Shown here one piece after another: positions 27,582 through 38,365 of a stretch of DNA of 64,000 bases (its first letter is position 1; every line of letters starts with the position of its first letter). The position numbers were made by a program, and so were the translations under genes. Under the pieces are notes generated by a model. It made no database searches and had not been told where the DNA came from. It saw only the letters and a list, made by a program, of their open reading frames with translations. The DNA is from Pirellulaceae bacterium (GTDB lineage: Bacteria > Planctomycetota > Planctomycetia > Pirellulales > Pirellulaceae), in the NCBI GenBank assembly GCA_965233625.1, contig OZ247499.1, positions 4,884,419 to 4,948,418 on the forward strand, given 5' to 3'.

Positions 27582-28448
27582 TTATGCAATGCACTGCGGG
27601 ATCGATGTTAACTGCGTCACCACGGCGCCGGGTTGGCAGCCTTGCATCCGCGCGTCTTCTTCACGCAGACGTAAGCTGCGCTTGTCGCCTGCAAACAGAA
27701 TCGTCTGCATGCCAGCCTGCTCGGCGGCCCAGACATCGTTGAGCATATCGTTACCCACGAACACAGCCTGCGCGGGCTGCAGATCGTGCGCGGCAAGCGC
27801 TTTTGCCGCGGCGTTGAACATCGTGGCGCCGGGTTTTGATTCGCCGCACAGGTAGGAATAAAATTGCAGATCCGGCAGGAAGCCCAGTTCGTCCAGCGTT
27901 TCATCCACCAGCGCGGGGAACAATTGCCGCGTCATCGCCTGCGCGTTGCTGACAATTCCCAGCTTCAGCCCGCGGCTTTGCAGCGCTTGCAGGCAATCGT
28001 GCAGGCCGGGCATGGTCCAGACCGGATTAACCCGCACTTCATATTCCAGAGCCACGCGCGAAGCATCGATGCCAGCATCCGCCAGGCCGGTCTGCTGCAA
28101 CACGTCTTCCCAGACGGCGACAATATCCACCTCTGGATGGCCAATTCCTTCCGTGCGTTTCTTGTCCTGATGAGCGGCGATGGTCTGCTTGAGAATTCCG
28201 GGCGGTATTTCGCGGACCTTCGCGACACTGGCGCCACACTCCAGCAATGCGGTTTGCAGCAGTTCTTCGCTGGAGGTTCCCGTCTGTAAAGAAATATCGC
28301 CTGCGGCGCTGATTAGCATCGTGCCATAAATATCAAACAGCACTGCCTGAATACCGGGCAACACATCCAGCCGGGGCGCCATGCCGGTGGGCCGTGGCTG
28401 CATGGGCTGGCAGTGGCTGCGAATGATCTCTGAAACGCCGGTAGTCAT
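27582..28448 (-). CDS. HAD-superfamily hydrolase (phosphatase)
   Basis: Motif I is VLFDIYGTM (DxYGT). Motif IV is VFVGNDMLNDVWAAEQAGMQTI (GDxxxD-like). Confidence 0.75.
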   Translation of the reverse strand: MTTGVSEIIRSHCQPMQPRPTGMAPRLDVLPGIQAVLFDIYGTMLISAAGDISLQTGTSSEELLQTALLECGASVAKVREIPPGILKQTIAAHQDKKRTEGIGHPEVDIVAVWEDVLQQTGLADAGIDASRVALEYEVRVNPVWTMPGLHDCLQALQSRGLKLGIVSNAQAMTRQLFPALVDETLDELGFLPDLQFYSYLCGESKPGATMFNAAAKALAAHDLQPAQAVFVGNDMLNDVWAAEQAGMQTILFAGDKRSLRLREEDARMQGCQPGAVVTQLTSIPQCIA

Positions 28449-28481
28449 CGGTTAATGTTGCGCAATAGCGCCTTGCATGGT

Positions 28482-30047
28482 TTACGGTTCGACCCGCACG
28501 GCATGCAGACGCTGCAAATCCAAAAAAGCGTGTAGAAGCTGTTGAGGGGCAATGGCGGTATTTATAGGAGCATCTGTCTCCGCAGCAAATAGTATTCCGT
28601 AAATCCGCTGCAAGTCGGCAGCAGTTGCCGCAAGCGAGTAGTTCTCCCGCACCACCTGCGCATTGGCCGGCACAATCGTCTGCCAGATGGCGCCGTCCTC
28701 ATCAAGCGATTGCCGCATCCACGGATTCAACTGCTGAAGCTGTTGCCGGGCCACATCATCGCCCGCAACACGCCGCACCACCTGCGATTGCATGGCAGCG
28801 GGAAGAACGGCGAAATCGACGGTTGCACCTTCCGTCAGTTTTTCTGCCTGTCGCGCGATGTCTGCGGGCGACTGTTGTCCGTACGCGCTGCAAAGCTGCT
28901 GATTCAAAGCCACCAGGCGGTCCATCAGTTGCTGCCGGCCCACCCATTCAACGGGCACGTGCACCGCCTTGCCCAGATGCGTCAGGTCGAGGCCCTTTTC
29001 GCAGAAGTCGGCCGTGATGTCCGGAATGTTACGGCCAATCAGCGGCTTGCCGGACAACCAGCTTTCGAGAAACACTAGGCCGAAGCCCTCGGCCACGCTG
29101 GTCGTGATGATGCGGTCAGCGGCAGCGATATTCTGCTGAAACGAAAGCTGATCGTTCAGCCCCACTTCAAACAACATCGGCAACGCCAGTTCCGCCGCCA
29201 GCGTCTTCCAACGCGTGTAAGCCGGCGCTTCTTCCTCGCTGGTGGCCGGCAGCGTGATGGCGAAAACATACGGATCGCCCGCAAGAGCGGCCCATAGCAA
29301 CAGTTCGCCGATGTTCTTGCGACGGATCGCACGCACTGGATACAGCATCAAACGCTGCTCTGAACGGAGCCCGTGCACGCGGCGGAACTTGGTGGCGGCT
29401 GCCGCGGCGTCCGGCAGTTCAGCCGGTTGCGGGACGGGGTTAGGCAGCATGTGCATGCGCGAAGTGTCGCCGCCGGCTGACTGAAAAAGATCGCGGTCGC
29501 GGTTGTTCAAAAACGCGTAGTGAATATGCGGCGCCGCGGGATACAACGCGCGGGCATCCGCCTCTGCATGTTCGCCCGCGGCGATGCGCTGATAGTTGGC
29601 TGGTCGCAGGTCTTCGGCAAAGTCGTGAATTTGCAGGAGCAGCCGGTAGCCCGCCGCCGCAAGGTTCCGCAAAGTGCCCGGCAGCGAAAGGTTCTTCACC
29701 ATTGAATGGTTGTGCACATGCAGCAGCGTTTGCCCCGCATCACAACCTGCCGCGGCGAGCGCGCTGGTGACTGCCTGCGTAAGACCCGCGACATCTTTCG
29801 CCGGCTGGCCCTCTGGCTTCGCCTCATCGTAATCCAGCGCGGGAACGCTGCAGAATTCAACCGGCGTTGATGAATCGCCAACCGTTGCCGGCAGCGTTTC
29901 CCAGCCATTACGCCGCCCGCCGTATAGCACCACCACGCTGGTCACGCCCATGCTGTCAGCGAAATGGCAAATGGCCTGCAAATGGCTTTTCATCACCTGC
30001 GTTACGCCGCCACGATTCAGATGATAGTGAAGAATCGCAAGTTTCAT
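28482..30047 (-). CDS. GT4-family glycosyltransferase
   Basis: Carries the GT4 signature SVAEGFGLVFLESWLSGKPLIGRNI (EX7E). The ATG at 30047 (MKLAILHY) is preferred over the upstream M at 30071. Confidence 0.7.
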   Translation of the reverse strand: MKLAILHYHLNRGGVTQVMKSHLQAICHFADSMGVTSVVVLYGGRRNGWETLPATVGDSSTPVEFCSVPALDYDEAKPEGQPAKDVAGLTQAVTSALAAAGCDAGQTLLHVHNHSMVKNLSLPGTLRNLAAAGYRLLLQIHDFAEDLRPANYQRIAAGEHAEADARALYPAAPHIHYAFLNNRDRDLFQSAGGDTSRMHMLPNPVPQPAELPDAAAAATKFRRVHGLRSEQRLMLYPVRAIRRKNIGELLLWAALAGDPYVFAITLPATSEEEAPAYTRWKTLAAELALPMLFEVGLNDQLSFQQNIAAADRIITTSVAEGFGLVFLESWLSGKPLIGRNIPDITADFCEKGLDLTHLGKAVHVPVEWVGRQQLMDRLVALNQQLCSAYGQQSPADIARQAEKLTEGATVDFAVLPAAMQSQVVRRVAGDDVARQQLQQLNPWMRQSLDEDGAIWQTIVPANAQVVRENYSLAATAADLQRIYGILFAAETDAPINTAIAPQQLLHAFLDLQRLHAVRVEP

Positions 30048-30191
30048 ATCAGCCTGGCGGTGGTGGAACACGGTGCAAGTTGTGTGAATCGCAGCGTTGT
30101 AGGCAGCCGCGTTTCACCAACGATTAGACGCCATCGCCGCAAAGACGTGAACCGGGGTGCGAATGTGCCGTTGTACGCAACGATCTGTGAC

Positions 30192-30230
30192 TCCCCTCAC
30201 CCCAGCCCTCTCCCCAGAGGGGCGAGGGGG
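30192..30230. repeat. ~40-bp 'cccctcaccc(c/t)a(g/a)ccctctcccc(a/g)gaggggcgagggg' element, copy 1
   Basis: The sequence is ctcccctcaccccagccctctccccagaggggcgaggggg. The same motif occurs at 40109, 60395 and, degenerate, 49398. Confidence 0.7.
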
Positions 30231-30417
30231 CCAGCACGGTCTCGATGCGAATGTTTGAGACGCCGGGAGGTTCTAGCCCTATAATTCAACGGACGAACAT
30301 ACCGGCAAATTTGTGCAATATTTCTGCGGTGCGGGCGAACTACGTGCGGCTTTGATTTCGCAGATAGGCGGATTGAAGCTGCCTGGGATCCGTGAATTTG
30401 AACAAGGGAGAAGGGTC

Positions 30418-31095
30418 ATGTACTGGTTATTTTTAGGCTGTGCGGTCGTGGGCGGCACCGTACTGGCCTGCCAGACACTGCTGACTTTTATCGGACTGGG
30501 CGGCGATGAAATCGGTGATTTCGACGTAGGCGATGCAGACGCCGGCGGCGGGTTTGACGCCGGCGATTTTGATGTGGATGGCGATGTTGGTGATTTTGAC
30601 GCTGCTGCGGGCGATGCCGATTTCGACGGCGACGGCCTGCACGAAGGCGCCTCACACGGCGGAAGCTGGCTGTTTGGCATCCTTTCGTTCCGCACGCTGG
30701 TGGCCGCGTTTACGTTCTTCGGGCTGGGTGGGCTGACGGCCGACGCCGCCGATCAGACGCCTCTGGTGCAGATTGTGGTCGCGCTGGTGGGCGGCGGCAT
30801 TGCCATGTACCTGGTGCATTGGGTGATGAAACTGTTCAAAACCCTGGGCAACGATGGCACCGTGCAGATTCAGCGGGCACTGGGCCAGACGGCCAAGGTT
30901 TACCTGTCGATCCCCGCCGACCGCCAGGGAGCCGGCAAAATCCATGTAACCGTGCAGGAAAGATTGATGGATTACCCCGCAGTGACGGCCCACAACGAAA
31001 TTCTCCGTACAGGTGCTACGGTTAAGGTGGTGCGTGTCATCGGCGGTAATACGCTGGAAGTCGCACCTATCAAGAAGAAAGAACCCGTCGCGTAG
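30418..31095 (+). CDS. NfeD-like membrane protein (OB-fold C-terminus) with an acidic Gly/Asp/Phe-rich linker
   Basis: An SD 'aagggagaaggg' precedes the start. The N-terminal TM helix is MYWLFLGCAVVGGTVLACQTLL. The central tract reads GDFDVGDADAGGGFDAGDFDVDGDVGDFD. It sits immediately upstream of the flotillin gene on the same strand, the classic NfeD-SPFH pairing. Confidence 0.65.
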   Translation: MYWLFLGCAVVGGTVLACQTLLTFIGLGGDEIGDFDVGDADAGGGFDAGDFDVDGDVGDFDAAAGDADFDGDGLHEGASHGGSWLFGILSFRTLVAAFTFFGLGGLTADAADQTPLVQIVVALVGGGIAMYLVHWVMKLFKTLGNDGTVQIQRALGQTAKVYLSIPADRQGAGKIHVTVQERLMDYPAVTAHNEILRTGATVKVVRVIGGNTLEVAPIKKKEPVA

Positions 31096-31157
31096 CTGCC
31101 ATGCTTACGCGGGTAATACCCATACTCCAAACTCCCTCGCTTCCGGGAAACTGTGAA

Positions 31158-32843
31158 ATGTCAAACGCACTATTACTCGCCGATACGATGCAGGTGCTGA
31201 TTTTCATCGCCATCGGCGGCATCGCTGCGGCGGTGATGTTCTTTGGCTTCGTGCTGTTGTTGATGAAGCAGTACAAACGCTGCCCCAGTAACCGGCTGCT
31301 GGTCATCTACGGTAAGACAGGCCGTGGGCAGGCGTCGCGGACCATTCACGGCGGCGCCGCCTTCGTGTGGCCGCTGGTGCAGGATTACGCCTATCTGAGC
31401 CTGGAGCCGATTCAGATTGAAGTGCCGCTGCGTGGCGCCTTGTCTGCGGAAAACATCCGCGTGAATGTGCCCAGCGTGTTCACTGTAGCCATCGACGTGA
31501 AACCAGAAGTCATGCAGAACGCCGCCGTCCGTCTGCTGGGTCTGACCGTGGGCGAAATCCGCAAGCAGGCAGAGGAAATCATCTTCGGTCAGCTGCGTCA
31601 GGTGATCGCTTCCATGCAGATTGACCAGATCAACCGCGACCGTGAAACCTTCCTGCAGCACATTCAGGACTCGCTGGAGCCGGAACTGAATAAGGTGGGT
31701 ATGAGCCTGATCAACGTGAACATCACGGACATCACCGACGAATCGGGCTACATCGACGCCATCGGTCAGAAGGCTGCTTCGCAAGCGGTCCAACAGGCCC
31801 GTGGTGATGTGGCCGACAACGAGAAGATGGGTGAAACGCGCGTCGCCGCCGCCGAACGCGACAAAGCAATTCAGGTCGCTGCCGCACGCCGCGACATGGC
31901 GATTGGAACGCGCGAGGCGGAACGCGATCAGTCCATCAAGGTCGCCAACCTGGAAAAGGAACAGACCATTGGTGAAAAGCAGGCGTCGTTCCAGCGTGAA
32001 GCAGAAGTGAAAGACGCCGAACGCGGCATGCGTATTCAGGTTGCCGAAGCCGATGCTGCCGCCATCGACGGCGAAAACATCTCCCAGGCCAAAGTCGCCG
32101 CTTCGGAAGCAGAACTGGCAGTCAAGAAGGCGGACGCTTATCAACAAGGTGAAACGCGCAAACGCGAAGCACAAGCGGCCGTGCTGGAAGCCGAATACCG
32201 CGCCATGGCCAAAGCCGCCATCGCTGACGCCGAACGCGTCGAAGCCGAAGAACGCGCCAAGCTGGAGGCGCCCGCCAAAGCGGAAAAAGCCAAGATGATT
32301 GTCGACGCCGAGGCTGACGCAGAGCGTGTCCGCATCGCCGCGAAGGCAGAAGCCGACGCCCTGTTCGCCAAGCTGGATGCCGAAGCCCGCGGTCAGTACG
32401 AAATCCTGGCCAAGAAGGGCGAAGGTCTCCGCGAAATCGTCTCTGCCTGTGGCGGTTCGAAAGAAGCCTTCCAGATGCTGCTGCTGGAACACATGGACAA
32501 CCTGGCCGAAGCCTCGGCCAAAGCCATCTCCAACATCCAGTTCGATAAGATCGTGGTCTGGGAGAACGGCGGCGGGAACGGCAAGAGCAACACGTCGAAC
32601 TTCCTGTCGGGCATGGCCAACTCGCTACCGCCCATGCTGCAAGTGATGAAAGACATCGGCGGCGTGGAACTGCCTGAGTCCCTGATCAAACTCCAGGGCG
32701 AAGAACCCGCCGGCCACGTCGCTTCCACCAACGGCGCCAGCCCCAACGGCCCTAAACCTCGGGCGGAAGCATCGCCTGCGGAAGAAAGCCACGAGAACGA
32801 AGAAGCCGCTAACGAGCCCGACGGCAGCACCGGCCCAGTGTAG
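31158..32843 (+). CDS. flotillin (SPFH/band-7 domain, FloT/YuaG-like)
   Basis: An N-terminal TM helix is followed by the SPFH domain (LLVIYGKTGRGQASRTIHGGAAFVWPLVQDYAYLSLEPIQIEV...). Then comes a long Ala/Glu-rich 'flotillin repeat' coiled coil (EAERD.. AKAEADA..). Confidence 0.85.
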   Translation: MSNALLLADTMQVLIFIAIGGIAAAVMFFGFVLLLMKQYKRCPSNRLLVIYGKTGRGQASRTIHGGAAFVWPLVQDYAYLSLEPIQIEVPLRGALSAENIRVNVPSVFTVAIDVKPEVMQNAAVRLLGLTVGEIRKQAEEIIFGQLRQVIASMQIDQINRDRETFLQHIQDSLEPELNKVGMSLINVNITDITDESGYIDAIGQKAASQAVQQARGDVADNEKMGETRVAAAERDKAIQVAAARRDMAIGTREAERDQSIKVANLEKEQTIGEKQASFQREAEVKDAERGMRIQVAEADAAAIDGENISQAKVAASEAELAVKKADAYQQGETRKREAQAAVLEAEYRAMAKAAIADAERVEAEERAKLEAPAKAEKAKMIVDAEADAERVRIAAKAEADALFAKLDAEARGQYEILAKKGEGLREIVSACGGSKEAFQMLLLEHMDNLAEASAKAISNIQFDKIVVWENGGGNGKSNTSNFLSGMANSLPPMLQVMKDIGGVELPESLIKLQGEEPAGHVASTNGASPNGPKPRAEASPAEESHENEEAANEPDGSTGPV

Positions 32844-33226
32844 CTCTAGATGAAATGAAGCACGGCACGCGCTGCCCGGATGCTGGGCAGGCGCTGCCTG
32901 CGGGATGACGGATTGTGCAGGTCAACCACTATCTATTGGAAGGCCTCTAACCGGCGAATTGCGGCGTCTTCACGGCCGTAACCGGGGAAAAACTCCTGGA
33001 TAGCGAAGTAGCCCCTAAAGGCGGCAACGGGTATACTGACAGTAGAGGGTCGCCTAACCCGCACAGCCGACCCTGTCTACCCGGTTGGCATAGCCACCGC
33101 GTGGCTTCTTTCGTAATATCTGACTGTTCAGGCCTTTAGATAGCGTTGCCTACCGATCTGGCAACCGCCGAGTGCAGAAACGAGGCAGCGACGTCGACCG
33201 GCGTTGCTGCTTGAGGAAAACCCCTA

Positions 33227-35314
33227 ATGTCGAACGAAGAATTCAACGAATTACTACGGCGGATGCCCGAAATTGCAAAGTCCGTCAACGCCTTCACTTC
33301 GGAAGAGATCCAGAAACAAGCCTACGATGCGCTGATTCAGGCATTTCAGGCGGAACAGGCTGAGAAAGGCGAAGCTGAGACTTCCGCCGGAACAACCGCC
33401 AAACCGAAACAGAAACCGGCCAAAGACGCTGCCCCGAAGGGCGTCCAGGACATGCTGGCGATGGCCCGCGCGAATAAGCCCGTTAGCAAAGCGCAAGGCT
33501 CTTCGACTAATGGCAACGGCAAGAAAAAGGCCGCAACCAAGGCGCCTGCCGCTTCAACCACTACGAAGCCGCTGAAAGAAGTGCCTGCTGGCAACGGCAA
33601 AATGGGCAAGCCAAGCCCTGTTGAAGTCTTCAAAGAAACCAGCCAGAACCTGCTCGGTGATATTCCGGAAGAACTGGTCGATAAGACGGATCACTTCGGC
33701 AAAGGCAGCATTCAGCTGCTCAAGCATCACGGCACCTATCAGCAGGACGACCGCGAAACCCGCAAGAAAATGAAGGCGGAAGGCAAACGCGGCAAAGCCT
33801 TCATGTTTATGGTGCGGAGCAAAATTCCGGGCGGTAAGCTCACGTCGGAACAGTTGCTGGCGCAGATCGACCTGGGCGATGAACTGGCGGACAACACACT
33901 CCGCATCACCAGCCGTCAGGGGCTGCAGTTTCACGGCATCGTGAAAAAGGATCTGAAAAAGAGCATCCAGCGGATCAACGAGATTCAGATGTCCACGCTG
34001 GGCGCCTGCGGCGATGTGAACCGCAACGTCATGTGCTGCCCCGGCGCCTACACCGACGCCGCCCATCTTGAAACGCAGGCCCTGGCCGACGAACTTGCCA
34101 GCCACCTGGCGCCACGGACGCGTGCGTATCATGAGGTCTGGCTGAAAGACATGGAAACCGGCGAAAAAGAGCTGGTCGGCGGCGGTACGGAAGGTAAAGT
34201 CATCGAGCCGATCTACGGCGATGTTTACCTGCCGCGTAAATTCAAAATCGGCATCGCCTTCCCGTTCGACAACTGCATCGATGTTTACACGCACGATGTG
34301 GGCCTGCTGGCCATTGTCGAGAAAGAAAAGATCACCGGCTACAACATCATTGTTGGCGGCGGTCAGGGTAATTCGCCCGGCGTCGAGTCGACCTTCCCCG
34401 CGCTTGGTCAGAAGATGACCTTTGTTACGCCCGATAAGGTGCTGGATGTTGTCACCGCCATCGTCAAAGTACAGCGTGACTTTGGCAACCGGAACAACCG
34501 CAAGCAGGCGCGTATGAAGTATCTGATCCACGAATGGGGCTTGAAGAAGTTCAAGGCCAAGGTGGAGGAATACTACGGTAAGAAGCTGCCACGACCTACC
34601 CGCCACGATGTGACCGGCGTCAACGATCACATGGGCTGGGAGGATCAGGGCAACGGCAAAGTCAGCTACGGCCTGAACGTAGAGAACGGCCGCATCAAAG
34701 ACGACGGCGACTTCAAACTGAAAACCGCCATCCGCGAAATCTGCAAGAAGTACAATCCGGGCATCCGCCTGACCGCGCATCAGAGCATTATCTTCACGGA
34801 CCTGGATCCGGCTCAGAAAGATGAATTCGAGAAGCTGCTGAAAAGCCACGGCGTGAAGCTCAGCAGCGAAATCTCGAACGCCCGCCGCTGGTCCATGGCC
34901 TGTGTCGCCTGGCCGACGTGCGGACTTTCGATTACTGAGAGCGAACGCGCGCTGCCGGGCGTGATCGACAAGATCGAAGAGGATATCGCCCGCCTTGGCC
35001 TGACCTCCGAAGAATTCACGATCCGTATGACCGGCTGCCCCAATGGCTGTGCCCGGCCGTACAACTCCGACGTTGGTCTGGTTGGCAAAGCCGCAGGCAA
35101 GTACACGCTGTATCTGGGCGGCCGCCTCAACGGCGACCGGCTGAGCTACATCTACAAGGATCTGGTTCCCGCGGAAGATGTGGCGCCAGAACTTGCCTCG
35201 GTGCTCACGTACTTCAAAAGCGGTCGCAAGAAGGACGAGTCCTTCGGTGACTTCTGCCACCGCAAAGGCAAAGAAGACCTGCTGGCCTGGACGGCTGAAA
35301 ACGCGAAGGCGTAG
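33227..35314 (+). CDS. sulfite reductase hemoprotein (siroheme-[4Fe-4S], CysI/Sir family) with a ~140-aa Lys/Ala-rich N-terminal extension
   Basis: NirA/SiR repeats are present. The two Cys clusters are TLGACGDVNRNVMCCPG and MACVAWPTCGLS...MTGCPNGCARP. SD 'gaggaaaa'. Confidence 0.8.
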   Translation: MSNEEFNELLRRMPEIAKSVNAFTSEEIQKQAYDALIQAFQAEQAEKGEAETSAGTTAKPKQKPAKDAAPKGVQDMLAMARANKPVSKAQGSSTNGNGKKKAATKAPAASTTTKPLKEVPAGNGKMGKPSPVEVFKETSQNLLGDIPEELVDKTDHFGKGSIQLLKHHGTYQQDDRETRKKMKAEGKRGKAFMFMVRSKIPGGKLTSEQLLAQIDLGDELADNTLRITSRQGLQFHGIVKKDLKKSIQRINEIQMSTLGACGDVNRNVMCCPGAYTDAAHLETQALADELASHLAPRTRAYHEVWLKDMETGEKELVGGGTEGKVIEPIYGDVYLPRKFKIGIAFPFDNCIDVYTHDVGLLAIVEKEKITGYNIIVGGGQGNSPGVESTFPALGQKMTFVTPDKVLDVVTAIVKVQRDFGNRNNRKQARMKYLIHEWGLKKFKAKVEEYYGKKLPRPTRHDVTGVNDHMGWEDQGNGKVSYGLNVENGRIKDDGDFKLKTAIREICKKYNPGIRLTAHQSIIFTDLDPAQKDEFEKLLKSHGVKLSSEISNARRWSMACVAWPTCGLSITESERALPGVIDKIEEDIARLGLTSEEFTIRMTGCPNGCARPYNSDVGLVGKAAGKYTLYLGGRLNGDRLSYIYKDLVPAEDVAPELASVLTYFKSGRKKDESFGDFCHRKGKEDLLAWTAENAKA

Positions 35315-35489
35315 TCGGCCCTCGCGGAGTATCGCACCCTCGCCATGAAGGAGAGGGTGCATGAAGTGCCGGGTGAGGACTTCTCTGGCTGTTGCTTTAC
35401 CGTCAGGTGGAAGTGTTCTGCACGTTTCGGTGGGGCAGCGTTTTCCCCCTAGTATCTTTCTATTCGCTGGTTTTCCAGACTGGTGATGA

Positions 35490-36760
<1,271 letters not shown>

Positions 36761-36943
36761 GCTGCCTGGACTCCACGCAGTTCATCCTCTCCCTGCGCAC
36801 AAGCAGAACAATCGCCCGCAAAAAACAAACGATGACCAGAACCCGTTTGACAAAACTCAAGACCGTCGCTCATCTGGCCTCCGGCCATCTTCTCCCCCAA
36901 GGGAGAAGAGCATTTGGAGCCGTCGCAGTCGCGTTCAAAGTTC

Positions 36944-37966
36944 TTATTCGTTGTCCAACGATGATTTGCCGTTGTCGATGGCGTGCATGTTGCCTTCGCG
37001 GAAGGCGTGGGCCATGGCCATGGGTACTTCCGCTTCGGCCAGCACCAGGCGGGCGCGGTTTTCGGCGACTTTGGCTTTGTTTTCCTGCTCGGTAGCCACG
37101 GCTTCAGCACGCCGCTGTTCTGCTTCGGCGCGGGCCACGCGGGTGTCTGCTTCGGCCTGATCCGCTTGCAGGCGGGCGCCGATGTTCTCGCCCACGTCGA
37201 CGTCGGCGATGTCAATGGAAACGATTTCAAACGCGGTGTGTGCATCCAGGCCGCGTTCCAGCACCGCGCGGGAAATCCGGTCCGGGTTTTCCAGCACCAG
37301 CTTGTGATTGTCGGCCGAACCAATGGAAGAAATCACGCTCTCGCCCACACGGGCGATGATCGTTTCTTCGGTGGCGCCGCCAATCAGTTGTTCCAGGTTG
37401 GTGCGGACGGTCACCAGTGCGCGGGCGCGGAGTTCGACACCGTCTTTGGCAATCGCGCTCAGGGTGGTCTTTCCGCTGCGTGATGGATCCGGACAGGCGA
37501 TCACCTTCGGGCGGACGCTGGTCTGCACCGCATCCAGCACGTCGCGGCCTGCCAGGTCGATGGCGGCCGCACGGTCGAAGTCCAGGTCGATCCCGGCGCG
37601 GTGGGCGGCAATGATGGCGTGAATCACGTTCATCACGTTGCCGTTAGAAAGGTAATGCGCTTCCAGCCGCGTGGTGCTGATACCCGTACGGCGGTTGATG
37701 TTCAAACCGGACTGCGCGGCTTTAATCTTGGCCGACACAATCACTTTCGGGTTCACCTGGCGGAAGCCCATTCCGACCAGGCTCCAGATGCTGACATCCG
37801 CGCCGGACATATACGCCTGAAACCAGACGTTGCCGTAACGCAGGAACACGACCAGCAACACGAACGCCAGCAGCGCCATTAAGATGCCAACGCCGACAAG
37901 CAGGATACCAACAAAGCCCGCAATGGGCGCCGCCGCCTGGGCAAGCAGATGTGGTTGGAACGTCAT
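36944..37966 (-). CDS. floA: flotillin-like protein FloA (YqfA/UPF0365 family)
   Basis: An N-terminal TM segment, [28 protein letters not shown], is followed by [29 protein letters not shown]...[24 protein letters not shown]..., which is typical of FloA. Confidence 0.75.
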   Translation of the reverse strand: MTFQPHLLAQAAAPIAGFVGILLVGVGILMALLAFVLLVVFLRYGNVWFQAYMSGADVSIWSLVGMGFRQVNPKVIVSAKIKAAQSGLNINRRTGISTTRLEAHYLSNGNVMNVIHAIIAAHRAGIDLDFDRAAAIDLAGRDVLDAVQTSVRPKVIACPDPSRSGKTTLSAIAKDGVELRARALVTVRTNLEQLIGGATEETIIARVGESVISSIGSADNHKLVLENPDRISRAVLERGLDAHTAFEIVSIDIADVDVGENIGARLQADQAEADTRVARAEAEQRRAEAVATEQENKAKVAENRARLVLAEAEVPMAMAHAFREGNMHAIDNGKSSLDNE

Positions 37967-38365
37967 CCAGAAGACTCCGGAAAGTAGTTTCAAACAAACG
38001 CCGCAAGCGGGCGCGCCAAACAAGCGCCGGAAAACGGCCGCAGCGTATCACGAATGATAACCCATCCCGTGGCGCCGTACACCATCGGGCGGGAAAATCT
38101 CCCGCGGTAGTGTCCACTTATCACCGTCAGAAAAAAAGCGGCTGGCGACTAGCGACTGGGCCTAGTGGACGGGTGATTTCGCGTCGGTCCGCGCGGCAGT
38201 TTCCGCATTGCGGATTTGGCGGGAATTCGCCTGCTCTTAACATTCCTTAAGAAGCAGTTGCATGCATTTCGCGCGGGCTTCTGACCCGGCATGCAATCTT
38301 GCTGGCAACCACCCGGTTGTCAGTCGACGGAGCGTACTTTCCCACCTGCCAGCGGAGCTGTCGTT

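Noticed and set aside
31173-32492. 439-aa minus-strand ORF overlapping the flotillin gene
   Set aside because: The Ala/Glu-rich flotillin coiled-coil DNA gives long open antisense frames. There is no start context or motif.
32844-33226. tRNA, tmRNA, RNase P or SRP RNA in the long intergenic regions
   Set aside because: None of the strongly conserved boxes was found by eye here or in the other gaps, including at 14178-14982 and 37967-38365. That means no T-loop GTTCRA, no RNase P GGAAAGUCCGG, and no tmRNA or SRP core.
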